The translations under genes were made by a program, and so were the position numbers. Under the pieces are notes generated by a model, which saw nothing but the letters and a program-made list of their open reading frames with translations, did not search any database and was not told the origin of the DNA. From Ignavibacteriota bacterium (GTDB taxonomy: Bacteria; Bacteroidota; Ignavibacteria; UBA10030; CAVZMI01): a DNA stretch of 64,000 bases. Numbering within the stretch: the first letter of the stretch is position 1; each line of letters opens with the position of its first letter. Shown one piece after another: positions 18,947 through 29,167 of the stretch. The DNA lies in the NCBI GenBank assembly GCA_963776275.1, contig CAVZMI010000015.1, positions 110,984 through 174,983 on the forward strand. Direction: 5' to 3'.

Positions 18947-21355
18947 GTGACAATCATCATTCCATATCGATTTCAATTAATTCGATCCAGGAAATTCCGA
19001 TGGGTGATCTGTTCCATCGTCGTATTGCTGGTTGCCGGACTCATTTCGATTTTTATCCCGCTTTCCCGGGATGGATTTAGTCCGATCACGATCCGATCAA
19101 TGTGTGTTGTAGACCGAAACGGCTATATGCTTCGCGAATTTCTCAATGATCAACAGGGCCGCGGAGAGTGGATCCCATATGAAAAAATTTCTCCCTGGCT
19201 GATAAAGGCGACAATAGCCATAGAAGACAAGCGCTTCAGATATCACCCGGGTGTCGATCCGTTAGCACTGGCACGTGCTGTCTTGCAGAACGTACAGGCG
19301 GGCGCATTTCGGTCAGGCGCGTCAACGATCACGCAACAGGTTATCCGTAATGTGTACCATCATCCTCGGACAATTCCGGCGAAGATCCTCAAGGCATGGT
19401 ATGCACTCCGCCTTGAACGGATGATGACAAAAAATGAAATTCTTGGACAGTATCTGAACAGGGCGCCCTACGGGAATCAACTTTTTGGTGTCGAGGCAGC
19501 ATCCAGGACTTATTTCAACAAACCCGCGGGCGATCTCTCACTGGCCGAAGCAGCATTTCTTGCAGCGCTCCCGAATGCACCTTCATCGTTGAATCCATAT
19601 AATAAATTTGACGCAACCATAAAACGTCAGCACATTATTTTACAAAGGATGCTCGATCAAAAAGAGATCACCCAGGATGAATATGAACGGGCAGTCGAAC
19701 AGCCAGTGAAAATTCTTCCGGCTGATGTAGCATTTCGGGCTCCACATGCAGTTGAAATGATATCCAAATATTACTCGCAATTTCCTGATGTAGTGAAGAT
19801 TCAGTCGACTATCGATGCACCGCTCCAGCAGGAGATACAATTTCTCGTCAGAAGCGATCTCGATCGTCTTAAAAAGAAAAATGTCTCCAATGCTGCAGTT
19901 GTCGTAATCGAAAATGCGTCAAGCGCTATCAGGGTTCTTCTTGGCTCGGTGAATTTTTTTGACTCAAAGGCCCAGGGACAGATCAATGGTGCTCTGGCGT
20001 TACGTCAGCCGGGTTCGGCGCTGAAGCCGTTTACATATGTCACTGCGTTCCAGATGGGATATACACCCGCGACACTACTTGCTGATATTCCTACGAATAT
20101 TCCTGATGAGCGGGGAGACTATGTCCCGGAGAATTATGATAAAAAATTTCATGGGCCTGTACGTGCGCGAACAGCTCTTGCGTGCTCGTACAATGTACCT
20201 GCTGTGCGTGTACTTCGTTCTATAGGTAAAGAAACGCTGATACAAACACTCCAATCCATCGGATTTACTTCGCTTACGCAAAATGCTGAGTATTACGGAC
20301 TCGGGTTGACTCTGGGCAACGCCGAAGTCTCGCTGCTTGAATTAACCAATGCATACCGCGTACTGGCCAATCGTGGAGAATGGAGACCGTTGCAACTTGT
20401 CCACTCGATAAAGAGTGCAGAAGACGTTACTATTGAACTTCCCGTAATGGATATCGAACGAGGCACACCCCGCAGGGTTTTCGATGAGCGTGCTGTATAC
20501 CTCCTTACAGACATATTGGAGGATCCGAATGCGCGGCGGCCGGCGTTTGGAAGTGCACTGCGTCTTCCTTTTCCATGTGCCGTTAAAACAGGAACTACGA
20601 AAGATTATAAAGATAATTGGACCATCGGATATACGACCGAATATACCGTCGGGGTGTGGGTTGGAAATTTTGATGGAACGCCGATGCGTGGTGTGTCGGG
20701 CGTAAGCGGAGCCGGACAGGTATTTATCGACGTAATGACATTTCTGTATTCGAGATTGCCCGATCTCTCGCCTCCCGATTTCACAATTCCAAAAGGAATT
20801 GCCCGGCAACGAATTTGCTCGCGCTCCGGAATGCTCCCCACCGAGAATTGCCGGAAGACAATGCTCGAGTGTTTTTATGTCTCCGGTATTCCGCGGGAAC
20901 ATTGTACGATTCATCGACGATTCACGGTGATGAACGAACAGTGTGAAAAAGTATCGAGGATCTTCGAAGTATATCCACCAGAATTCAGCGAGTGGGCGGA
21001 AGCCGAACGGCTTCCACAACCTCCACCGCATGCACTACCGGTTTTTCCGACTGATGAAAAGGCCGGTTCATCCGCTTCTCATCTCATACGATTATCGATA
21101 GTTGCACCGGGAAACGGAGAGATTTTTAAAATCGATCCGGTTTTAAGACCCGAATATCAATCGATAAAAATTGTGGGAGTCGTACCTGAAGGAACTTCTG
21201 ATGTCCGAATAAGGTTCGATGATGTAGGAGAATTTCCCTATACGGATGGGGGAGTCTGGTGGAATTTGCAGCGAGGGATTCATAAGTTTTGCCTCAGAGG
21301 GCATGCTCAAAATAAGGAGGTTGTATCAAGATCGGTCACTATAATGGTAGAATAA
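18947..21355 (+). CDS. pbpC: penicillin-binding protein 1C
   Basis: EDKRF, GASTITQQ transglycosylase; SALK (SxxK), SYN, KTG transpeptidase; directly follows A2M. Confidence 0.93.
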   Translation: MTIIIPYRFQLIRSRKFRWVICSIVVLLVAGLISIFIPLSRDGFSPITIRSMCVVDRNGYMLREFLNDQQGRGEWIPYEKISPWLIKATIAIEDKRFRYHPGVDPLALARAVLQNVQAGAFRSGASTITQQVIRNVYHHPRTIPAKILKAWYALRLERMMTKNEILGQYLNRAPYGNQLFGVEAASRTYFNKPAGDLSLAEAAFLAALPNAPSSLNPYNKFDATIKRQHIILQRMLDQKEITQDEYERAVEQPVKILPADVAFRAPHAVEMISKYYSQFPDVVKIQSTIDAPLQQEIQFLVRSDLDRLKKKNVSNAAVVVIENASSAIRVLLGSVNFFDSKAQGQINGALALRQPGSALKPFTYVTAFQMGYTPATLLADIPTNIPDERGDYVPENYDKKFHGPVRARTALACSYNVPAVRVLRSIGKETLIQTLQSIGFTSLTQNAEYYGLGLTLGNAEVSLLELTNAYRVLANRGEWRPLQLVHSIKSAEDVTIELPVMDIERGTPRRVFDERAVYLLTDILEDPNARRPAFGSALRLPFPCAVKTGTTKDYKDNWTIGYTTEYTVGVWVGNFDGTPMRGVSGVSGAGQVFIDVMTFLYSRLPDLSPPDFTIPKGIARQRICSRSGMLPTENCRKTMLECFYVSGIPREHCTIHRRFTVMNEQCEKVSRIFEVYPPEFSEWAEAERLPQPPPHALPVFPTDEKAGSSASHLIRLSIVAPGNGEIFKIDPVLRPEYQSIKIVGVVPEGTSDVRIRFDDVGEFPYTDGGVWWNLQRGIHKFCLRGHAQNKEVVSRSVTIMVE

Positions 21356-21396
21356 GTGGTTATCATTCTTGATTGTTGCATGAAGGAGTGTATTCT

Positions 21397-21930
21397 ATGA
21401 TTAAAACCGCACTTCCATATATTGCTCTTCTAGGATTTTCCGGTTGTGGAATATTCGGAAGTACAACCTATCCGCCGCTCGATGTAGTTTCCCATGTCGA
21501 TCTGACCAAATATGCAGGGAAATGGTACGAGATCGCGTCACTGCCAGTGTCTCAGCAAAAAGGGTGCTCATGCACAACGGCTGAATACATACCGATCGAT
21601 AGTGAAGTCGTCAGAGTAATCAATACGTGTAAAAAAGGTTCTGAGGGTGAGATCGCCCGCGCCGAAGGAAAAGCATTTGTCGTCCCGGGAAGCAACAATG
21701 CGAAGCTCCGGGTGCAGTTCTTCTGGCCATTCCGCGGCGATTACTGGATACTCGACCTCGACAAGGATTATACCTATGCTGTTGTGGGACTTCCAAGCAG
21801 AAAGTATTGCTGGATTCTCTCGCGAACTCCACAGATGGAAAAGGAATTACTCGATAAGCTTATCGAAAATCTTCGGTTAGAAGGATTTGATGTCGATAAA
21901 ATGCAAAGGACGGTACATAATTGCGATTGA
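21397..21930 (+). CDS. blc: outer membrane lipoprotein lipocalin Blc
   Basis: Lipobox FSGC, GKWYEIA, FFWPFRGDYWI, WILSRTP. Confidence 0.9.
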   Translation: MIKTALPYIALLGFSGCGIFGSTTYPPLDVVSHVDLTKYAGKWYEIASLPVSQQKGCSCTTAEYIPIDSEVVRVINTCKKGSEGEIARAEGKAFVVPGSNNAKLRVQFFWPFRGDYWILDLDKDYTYAVVGLPSRKYCWILSRTPQMEKELLDKLIENLRLEGFDVDKMQRTVHNCD

Positions 21931-22080
21931 AAATCTCGGATCATTTTCTTAAAAACCCTAATAAATAAATCTTTTTTGAGAGAACTTTCTCGTATTACTC
22001 ATCGTTACATATTAAAACGATTATTATTTTCGAGCTCATTCAACTTTTAAAACGATATAATAGTAATATACTATCGTATA

Positions 22081-22506
22081 ATGCGAAAATCTCTCTTCCA
22101 TAAGATTCCGCTCATCGGATTGGCACTGACCGTCCTTTTTGCCAGTGCTGGATTCATGACAATCATTGAGTCCCGTTGTGCGATGATGGGGGACTCGAAT
22201 ACAGAATCATGCCCGATGATGTCTTGCTGCGAAACTCCTGCATCTAAGATGGATAATGGACTTTCATATACATCGCCTTTGAAATGTCATGCTCTTACAC
22301 TTGCCGGCTTAACTTCGACGCTTCTTTCCACTCCGGCACAAGAACAAAATGCGACAAAAATCTTTTTTACACTCCATGATTATGTTTCGTTGATTACTCC
22401 TTCCGAAATCGACAATTCGAAATCAGCAATTATTAGTACTTCTATTCATACTCCCAGACCACCTTCGGTGGAGAGGTATGTCCTTACATCAGCATTTCTC
22501 ATTTAA
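22081..22506 (+). CDS. Cys/Met-containing exported protein, HYC_CC_PP-like, upstream of the metal efflux operon
   Basis: N-terminal hydrophobic segment, CAMM, CPMMSCC, C-terminal PRPP...FLI. Confidence 0.6.
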   Translation: MRKSLFHKIPLIGLALTVLFASAGFMTIIESRCAMMGDSNTESCPMMSCCETPASKMDNGLSYTSPLKCHALTLAGLTSTLLSTPAQEQNATKIFFTLHDYVSLITPSEIDNSKSAIISTSIHTPRPPSVERYVLTSAFLI

Positions 22507-22661
22507 AGAAAACTCCACTTCAACAGCTTTCATTCAATATTCTTGGTATATTCACCGTGTATATTGTGTTTACTCTGTAATTGCCGTATTTATGTTTTTT
22601 GAAAGGAAAATCTAAAAACAGGATTTCAAAATCATATTTTACAACACTATTGAAAGAAGAT

Positions 22662-23954
22662 ATGAAAAATAGGTTTACTATCGTCCTTATCATTGTCACG
22701 AGTGTTTCTTGTATGCGATATTCCATTTCTTCACCGCAGGATAAGAATCAACTCCGGCTCGACGAACTCGTTACGGAAGCAGTCCGGAATAATCCGCAAC
22801 TTCAGGCAGCACGGTATCAGACCGCTGCGTATCGTAAAAGAGCCGACCAGGTAACCGCGTTGGATGCACCACAGTTGGGAATAGAATTTTTTCAGTTGCC
22901 TGTCGGTTCGTTTCCGAATCCATTCAGAAATAATATGGAAACCGATTATTCTATCCAGCAAATGATCCCCTTTCCGGGGAAACTCTCCGCAATGGGACAG
23001 GCTGCCGAAAATAATGCCGGCATGGCCGAGCAATCAGCAAGGGCGCTTGAACGCAAGATCATCAAAGATCTAAAAACTGCTTATTACGAATTGTATCTCG
23101 TCCAACGGAAGATTCAATTTAATAATGAGAATCAAGAGCTCATGCGGCGGTTTCTTGATATTGCGCGGAGCCAGTACGAAGTTGGAATGGGAAAACAGCC
23201 CGATATCCTTCGTGCACAGACCGAACTTTCTACTCTCATTAATGATGGGATAACCCTGCAGAAAGAAAAAACAGTCGTAGAAGCGATGATCAATACGCTG
23301 TTGAATCGACCTGTCGCGTCTCCACTCGGAGAAGTACCGGAGATCGAAGCAAATATTCCTCAATGGACTCTCGATCAACTCCGGCCGCTGGTCATCGAGA
23401 ATCGTTCTGAACTCAAGGAAATGGATTTGAACATCGCGATGAACAGGGCGGAGTTGTCGGTATCGAAACGAGAGTATTTGCCCGATCTCATGGTGCGCAC
23501 GATGTACAAGGATATGGCAATGACGCGAGACGACTTCTGGTCGGTAATGATTGGAATCAGTATACCACTGTCACCATGGTCCGGCGGGAAATATACCGCC
23601 AGGGTCGAAGAGAATGAGTTGAATGTAAATAAAGCAGAAGCGGAATACCAGAATATGAGGAATATGGTTTTTTTCGAAGTGCAGGATGCGCTTGTGAAGG
23701 TCCAGACTAACCGGAATCAGGTAGAACTTTATAAAAAGACGATAATTCCACAAGCGGAACAGACGCTTCAATCGACCATCGCAGCGTACCAAACAGGGAA
23801 GACAGAATTTCTCATGCTCATCGACGCGTACCGGATGCTGCTCATGGTAAAAAACGATCATGCGATGGCGGTGATGAATTATATGGCGAGTCAGGCAGAA
23901 TTGGAGCAAGCGGTCGGTTTAGACGTGAAAGAAATTACAGAGAAAATACAATAA
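22662..23954 (+). CDS. TolC family outer membrane efflux protein (CusC/CzcC-like)
   Basis: AVRNNPQLQAAR, QMIPFPGKL, AYQTGKTEFLMLIDA; Met-rich; precedes the MFP and RND genes. Confidence 0.9.
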   Translation: MKNRFTIVLIIVTSVSCMRYSISSPQDKNQLRLDELVTEAVRNNPQLQAARYQTAAYRKRADQVTALDAPQLGIEFFQLPVGSFPNPFRNNMETDYSIQQMIPFPGKLSAMGQAAENNAGMAEQSARALERKIIKDLKTAYYELYLVQRKIQFNNENQELMRRFLDIARSQYEVGMGKQPDILRAQTELSTLINDGITLQKEKTVVEAMINTLLNRPVASPLGEVPEIEANIPQWTLDQLRPLVIENRSELKEMDLNIAMNRAELSVSKREYLPDLMVRTMYKDMAMTRDDFWSVMIGISIPLSPWSGGKYTARVEENELNVNKAEAEYQNMRNMVFFEVQDALVKVQTNRNQVELYKKTIIPQAEQTLQSTIAAYQTGKTEFLMLIDAYRMLLMVKNDHAMAVMNYMASQAELEQAVGLDVKEITEKIQ

Positions 23955-23968
23955 TTGAGGAATGTCAT

Positions 23969-25408
23969 ATGCGAACAACTATTATCACGGCTATTCTGTG
24001 TCTCATCATCGGCGTTGGTGGCGGGTGGCTCTTGTTTCGTTCATCAGGTACAAAGACCGGTACAAAAGAACGAAAGATATTGTACTATCGGGATCCGATG
24101 AATCCTGCAAACACATCTCCCATGCCGAAGAAGGCATCCGATGGGATGGACTTCGTACCGGTCTATGAGGAGCAAGGGACTTCATCCGCCGAGAAAAAAA
24201 TAGCCTATTATAAAGACCCGATGCATCCCTGGTATACATCCGATAAACCCGGAAAAGCTCCCGATTGTGGGATGGATCTCGTTCCTGTCTATGAAGGCGA
24301 GGGTATCGCAGAGGGTATTAAGATTGATCCGTCAGTTGTACAGAATATCGGAGTAAAAACCGAACTGGTGGTAAGAAAGAAATTATCAAGGGTAATCAGA
24401 ACTGTCGGGAAAGTCGATTTCGATGAAACGAAAATATTTTCGGTGAATACAAAAGTCATGGGATGGGTCGAACGCCTCTTTGTCGATTACACCGGTAAGC
24501 CTGTTCGAAAGGGCGAACCATTGCTCTCGATATACAGTCCGGATCTGGTCACAACACAGGAAGAGTATCTGCAGGCGATCCGTTATCGCCGTACACTCGC
24601 CGAGAGCAGTTCTGAGGAAGCGAGAAAAGGTGCAGAAAGCCTTGTGGAAAGTGCTCGGCGGCGGCTTCTTAATTGGGACATTCCTGAGAAAGAGGTTAAA
24701 GCTCTCGAAGAACGAGGAACTCCGACGAAAACGATGACAATATACGCTCCTGCCGATGGATTTGTGATGGAAAAAATGGTTCAGAAAGGGCAGAATGTCA
24801 TGTCCGGAATGGAACTCTATAAAATTGCAAATCTCTCGAAAGTATGGGTCCTTGCCGAAATTTATCAATACGAACTTGCATGGGTAAAGGTCGGGCAACA
24901 TGCCGATATCGATCTTTCGTATTTACCGGGAAAGAGTTTCAAGGGAATTATCACGTATGTCTATCCGATGGTTAATATGGAAACTAAAACTGCGAAAGTA
25001 AGGATAGAACTTCAAAACACATCGCACTATGAGTTTAAACCTGAGATGTTTGTGACAGTGAAAATCGCTTCGCCGCTGTCGATCGAATCGATCGCAGTAC
25101 CTGAACAATCGATTATCCGATCGGGTGAAAGAAATATTGTCGTCGTGGCTCTCGGCGGTGGTTACTTCGATCCGCGCGAAGTAAAGCTTGGTGCCAGTGC
25201 CGACGGTTTTGTGCAGATTCTCGATGGTCTCCATGAAGGCGAGACGATCGTGACCTCTTCCCAATTTCTCATCGATTCCGAGAGTAACCTGAAAGCGGCA
25301 ATCAGCCAGATGTCCGGTCACGCCGGCTTATCGAAACCGATTGATCAATCGACTCCATCGAATCATACAGAACATCGGGATACGATGGATACAACTGAAA
25401 TAAAATGA
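23969..25408 (+). CDS. cusB: efflux RND periplasmic adaptor, CusB-like, with two heavy-metal-binding repeats
   Basis: YYRDPMNP and YYKDPMHP...GMDLVPVY; GWVERL, FKPEMF, QFLIDSESNL. Confidence 0.88.
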   Translation: MRTTIITAILCLIIGVGGGWLLFRSSGTKTGTKERKILYYRDPMNPANTSPMPKKASDGMDFVPVYEEQGTSSAEKKIAYYKDPMHPWYTSDKPGKAPDCGMDLVPVYEGEGIAEGIKIDPSVVQNIGVKTELVVRKKLSRVIRTVGKVDFDETKIFSVNTKVMGWVERLFVDYTGKPVRKGEPLLSIYSPDLVTTQEEYLQAIRYRRTLAESSSEEARKGAESLVESARRRLLNWDIPEKEVKALEERGTPTKTMTIYAPADGFVMEKMVQKGQNVMSGMELYKIANLSKVWVLAEIYQYELAWVKVGQHADIDLSYLPGKSFKGIITYVYPMVNMETKTAKVRIELQNTSHYEFKPEMFVTVKIASPLSIESIAVPEQSIIRSGERNIVVVALGGGYFDPREVKLGASADGFVQILDGLHEGETIVTSSQFLIDSESNLKAAISQMSGHAGLSKPIDQSTPSNHTEHRDTMDTTEIK

Positions 25409-25455
25409 CCATAGATCCGTAAAATGATACTGCTTGATCGATACGGAGAACAATC

Positions 25456-28395
25456 ATGCTGAAAAAAATTATCGAAGTGTCGGTTCACAATAAATTTATC
25501 GTGATTCTTGCCGTACTGTTTTTAATCGGGTGGGGTATATATTCGATGCTCAATATTCCGATCGATGCGATACCCGATCTGAGCAACGTCCAGGTAATAA
25601 TTTACACCGAGTATCAGGGGCAATCTCCTCGTACCGTCGAGGATCAGATTACATATCCTCTCACAACTGCAATGGTATCGGTTCCGGGATCAAAAGTTGT
25701 TCGAGGCTATTCGTTTTTCGGATATTCGCTGGTATACGTCATTTTCGAAGATGGGACGGATATTTACTGGGCTCGAAGTCGTGTTCTCGAGTATCTGAAT
25801 TATGCCCGGAAACGATTGCCTGAAAAAATCATTCCGACACTTGGACCGGATGCAACCGGAGTCGGATGGGTTTACATGTACACCTTGACATCGGATAAGC
25901 GTTCGCTCCAGGAATTACGGTCGTATCAGGATTGGTACATGAAATACCAATTGACTGCGGTCAAAGGAGTCGCCGAAGTGGCAAGCATCGGCGGTTTTGT
26001 GAAGCAGTATCAGGTGACGGTCGATCCGGCGAAGCTCCTTGCATATAATATCCCGCTCGGGATGGTCGAGATGGCTATAAAAAATTCAAATAACGATGTC
26101 GGCGGAGAAGTGATCGAGATGGGTGAGACGGAGTTCATGGTCCGCGGTCTCGGGTATATCAAAACCATCGATGATGTGAAAAATATTCCGGTGATGACAG
26201 ACCGAAAAAGCGGAACACCGGTATTCATCAAAGATATTGGTGATGTGACACTCGGACCTGAGATGCGACGCGGCGTGGCGGAATCAAATGGAGAAGGAGA
26301 GGTGGTCGGCGGGATTATTGTCATGCGCTATGGACAAAATGCCCTCGAAGTAATTAGGAACGTCAAAAAACAGATCGAAGTACTCAAACAGGGTCTCCCG
26401 GCCGACGTGAAAATTACGCCTGTTTATGATCGGTCCGGTCTGATCGAGCGCGCGATCGATACCCTCAAAGGAAAATTACTGGAAGAAATTATAATTGTTG
26501 CTCTTGTATGCATCATCTTCTTACTCCATGCACGGAGTTCGTTTGTGGCTATATTCACGCTGCCGACGGCAATCCTGATGGCGTTCATCGTCATGAAAAT
26601 GCAGGGGATCAATGCCAACATCATGTCGCTCAGCGGTATAGCAATTGCAATCGGCGCAATGGTCGATGCTGCAATTATTATGGTCGAAAATACGCATAAG
26701 CATATAGAACATGAAATGCTTAAGCCGCCCGTGGAGCGTCGGGATCACTGGCAGATTATTCTCGATGCATCAAAAGAAGTCGGACCGGCGCTTTTCTATT
26801 CGCTTCTCGTCATTACAGTATCGTTCATCCCTGTCTTCACACTCGAAGCTCAGGAGGGGCGGTTGTTCCGTCCCCTGGCGTTTACAAAAACATATTCGAT
26901 GGGAGCGGCAGCGATACTCTCGATCACCATTGTCCCCATCCTCATGGGATACTGGATCAGGGGAAAGATACTCCCGGAGGATCGAAATCCCATCAATCGT
27001 TTTCTTATCCGGGTGTACACACCGGTTGTGGATTTTGTATTGAAACATTCCAAATGGATAATTGTAGCTGCTCTTCTTTTATTGGGCATCACGATTATTC
27101 CATTCAACAAAATAGGATCGGAGTTCATGCCGCCGTTGTATGAAGGTGATTTACTCTATATGCCCACGACTCTTCCGGGAATGTCGATAACTAAGGCCAA
27201 GGAAGTCCTGCAACAGACCGATAAGATCATCCGGCAGTTTCCGGAAGTTCATCATGTTTTCGGTAAGGCAGGACGAGCGGAAACAGCGACAGATCCGGCC
27301 GGCCTCGATATGTTTGAAACCACCATTATGCTCAAACCGGAGGGCGAATGGCGGCCGGGAATGACTGTGGAGAAACTCGTCGATGAAATGGATAAGGCCA
27401 TCCAGTTTCCAGGGATTACCAATGCATGGACGATGCCTATTAAAACTCGCGTTGATATGCTCAGCACCGGCATTAAAACCCCCGTAGGAATCAAAATATC
27501 CGGACCTGATTTGATGGTGCTGGAAGATATCGGCCGGGAAGTGGAAGCGGTTATGCGCACGGTTCCCGGTACGCTCAGTGCATTTGCTGAGCGGGCAGTC
27601 GGTGGGAATTATCTCGATTTCGACATTAACCGCCAGGAAGCCGCCCGGTATGGTCTGACGATCGGTGATGTCCAATCCGTTATCGAAACAGCAATGGGCG
27701 GAATGAGTATAACGAATACCGTTGAAGGATTGGAACGCTATACGGTAAATCTGCGCTATAGTCGTGAACTGCGGGATAACATCGAGGCTTTGAAGCGTGT
27801 CCTTGTGCCGACTCCATCAGGTCAACAGATCCCGGTCGGACAACTTGCAGCAATAACAACCCGAAAAGGGCCGATGGTTGTCAGGAGCGAAGGTACCCGT
27901 CCCAACGCATGGGTGTTTGTGGATATTAAAAATATCGATATCGGAACGTATGTCCAGAATGCACAACGCATTGTGGCGGAGAAAGTAAAAATACCCCCCG
28001 GATATAATCTTATCTGGAGCGGAGAGTATGAATATATGCAGAGGGCACAGGAAAGGTTGATGTACGTCATTCCGATGACGCTGTTCATCATTTTCATCAT
28101 CATCTATCTAAATACCCGTTCTGTGACAAAAGTAGCGATCGTTTTTCTTGCGGTGCCATTTTCGCTTATCGGCGCGTTCTGGTTTCTCTATATTCTCGGT
28201 TATAACCTGAGTATTGCCGTCTGGGTCGGCATTATTGCACTTGCAGGACTCGATGCAGAGACGGGAGTTGTTATGCTTCTGTATCTGGACCACGCCTATG
28301 ATGATTGGAAAAAGAAGGGCTTGATGAGAGGGTTGCAGGCAGCCTCAAAGATGCCATTCATCACGGTGCCGTTCAGAGAGTACGACCAAAAATAA
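25456..28395 (+). CDS. cusA: CusA/CzcA heavy-metal efflux RND transporter (C-terminus continues in another frame)
   Basis: DAIPDLSNVQV, LGPDATGVGW, AIGAMVDAAIIMVEN, WTMPIKTRVDMLSTG. Confidence 0.95.
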   Translation: MLKKIIEVSVHNKFIVILAVLFLIGWGIYSMLNIPIDAIPDLSNVQVIIYTEYQGQSPRTVEDQITYPLTTAMVSVPGSKVVRGYSFFGYSLVYVIFEDGTDIYWARSRVLEYLNYARKRLPEKIIPTLGPDATGVGWVYMYTLTSDKRSLQELRSYQDWYMKYQLTAVKGVAEVASIGGFVKQYQVTVDPAKLLAYNIPLGMVEMAIKNSNNDVGGEVIEMGETEFMVRGLGYIKTIDDVKNIPVMTDRKSGTPVFIKDIGDVTLGPEMRRGVAESNGEGEVVGGIIVMRYGQNALEVIRNVKKQIEVLKQGLPADVKITPVYDRSGLIERAIDTLKGKLLEEIIIVALVCIIFLLHARSSFVAIFTLPTAILMAFIVMKMQGINANIMSLSGIAIAIGAMVDAAIIMVENTHKHIEHEMLKPPVERRDHWQIILDASKEVGPALFYSLLVITVSFIPVFTLEAQEGRLFRPLAFTKTYSMGAAAILSITIVPILMGYWIRGKILPEDRNPINRFLIRVYTPVVDFVLKHSKWIIVAALLLLGITIIPFNKIGSEFMPPLYEGDLLYMPTTLPGMSITKAKEVLQQTDKIIRQFPEVHHVFGKAGRAETATDPAGLDMFETTIMLKPEGEWRPGMTVEKLVDEMDKAIQFPGITNAWTMPIKTRVDMLSTGIKTPVGIKISGPDLMVLEDIGREVEAVMRTVPGTLSAFAERAVGGNYLDFDINRQEAARYGLTIGDVQSVIETAMGGMSITNTVEGLERYTVNLRYSRELRDNIEALKRVLVPTPSGQQIPVGQLAAITTRKGPMVVRSEGTRPNAWVFVDIKNIDIGTYVQNAQRIVAEKVKIPPGYNLIWSGEYEYMQRAQERLMYVIPMTLFIIFIIIYLNTRSVTKVAIVFLAVPFSLIGAFWFLYILGYNLSIAVWVGIIALAGLDAETGVVMLLYLDHAYDDWKKKGLMRGLQAASKMPFITVPFREYDQK

Positions 28396-28610
28396 TGACA
28401 GCCTCGGTGATTATCGCCGGTCTCCTTCCGATCATGTGGAGCCATGGAACCGGAGCCGATGTGATGAAACGTATCGCGGCGCCGATGGTCGGTGGAGTAG
28501 TAACATCGGTATTGCTCGAACTTGCAGTGTATCCGGTAGTTTACTATATATGGAAAAGTCGCGGCTTGAAGAAAAAATTAGAATTACAGCCAGACGCCAT
28601 TAATGTATAA
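28305..28610 (+). CDS. cusA: CusA C-terminal fragment (frameshift near 28335)
   Basis: RVRPKIMT, GTGADVMKRIAAPMVGG. Confidence 0.85.
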   Translation: MEKEGLDERVAGSLKDAIHHGAVQRVRPKIMTASVIIAGLLPIMWSHGTGADVMKRIAAPMVGGVVTSVLLELAVYPVVYYIWKSRGLKKKLELQPDAINV

Positions 28611-28715
28611 TGCTGATGATTGTGAAAACGCGTGATTTCTATTTCTTTTTTTTCTACCTTACTATGTTTTAAAATTAAGTAACCAATTTATCGGTTAATG
28701 TAGAGAGGATAAGTT

Positions 28716-29111
28716 ATGAAGAAATCAGTTCGCTTTTGGGGAATTCTTTTGAGTGCAGCACTTGTTGCAGGTTCGTGGGCATACGCTCAACAGACCAAAC
28801 AGAATACTCAAGATGCGAATATATCGAAAAAAGAAATTATAAAAGAAAAACCATGTGCAAAAGATAGTTGTTGTAATATATGTCTCCAAAAAGATAAATC
28901 GAGAGAATGTGGTAAGTCAGAATGTTGTAAGTGGAATTGCCGGAAGCCAGATTATTGTAAAGCAGATTGCTGCTCGATGAAATCCGATTCGACAAAACAA
29001 TGCTGCAATACAATGATGCATGATTCAAAAAAACATGGAATGGGGTGCTGTGAGAAATTGAAAAAAGGCGGTTGTGAAAAAATGATGAAGATAAAAGGTG
29101 AGCAGAATTGA
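28716..29111 (+). CDS. secreted cysteine-rich protein (metallothionein-like)
   Basis: AYA signal peptide, GAGGA SD; 16 Cys including five CC pairs. Confidence 0.75.
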   Translation: MKKSVRFWGILLSAALVAGSWAYAQQTKQNTQDANISKKEIIKEKPCAKDSCCNICLQKDKSRECGKSECCKWNCRKPDYCKADCCSMKSDSTKQCCNTMMHDSKKHGMGCCEKLKKGGCEKMMKIKGEQN

Positions 29112-29167
29112 GACTAAAGAAAAACATCGAATATAATGAAATTACCTGAACCCAAGGAAGCTGACAA

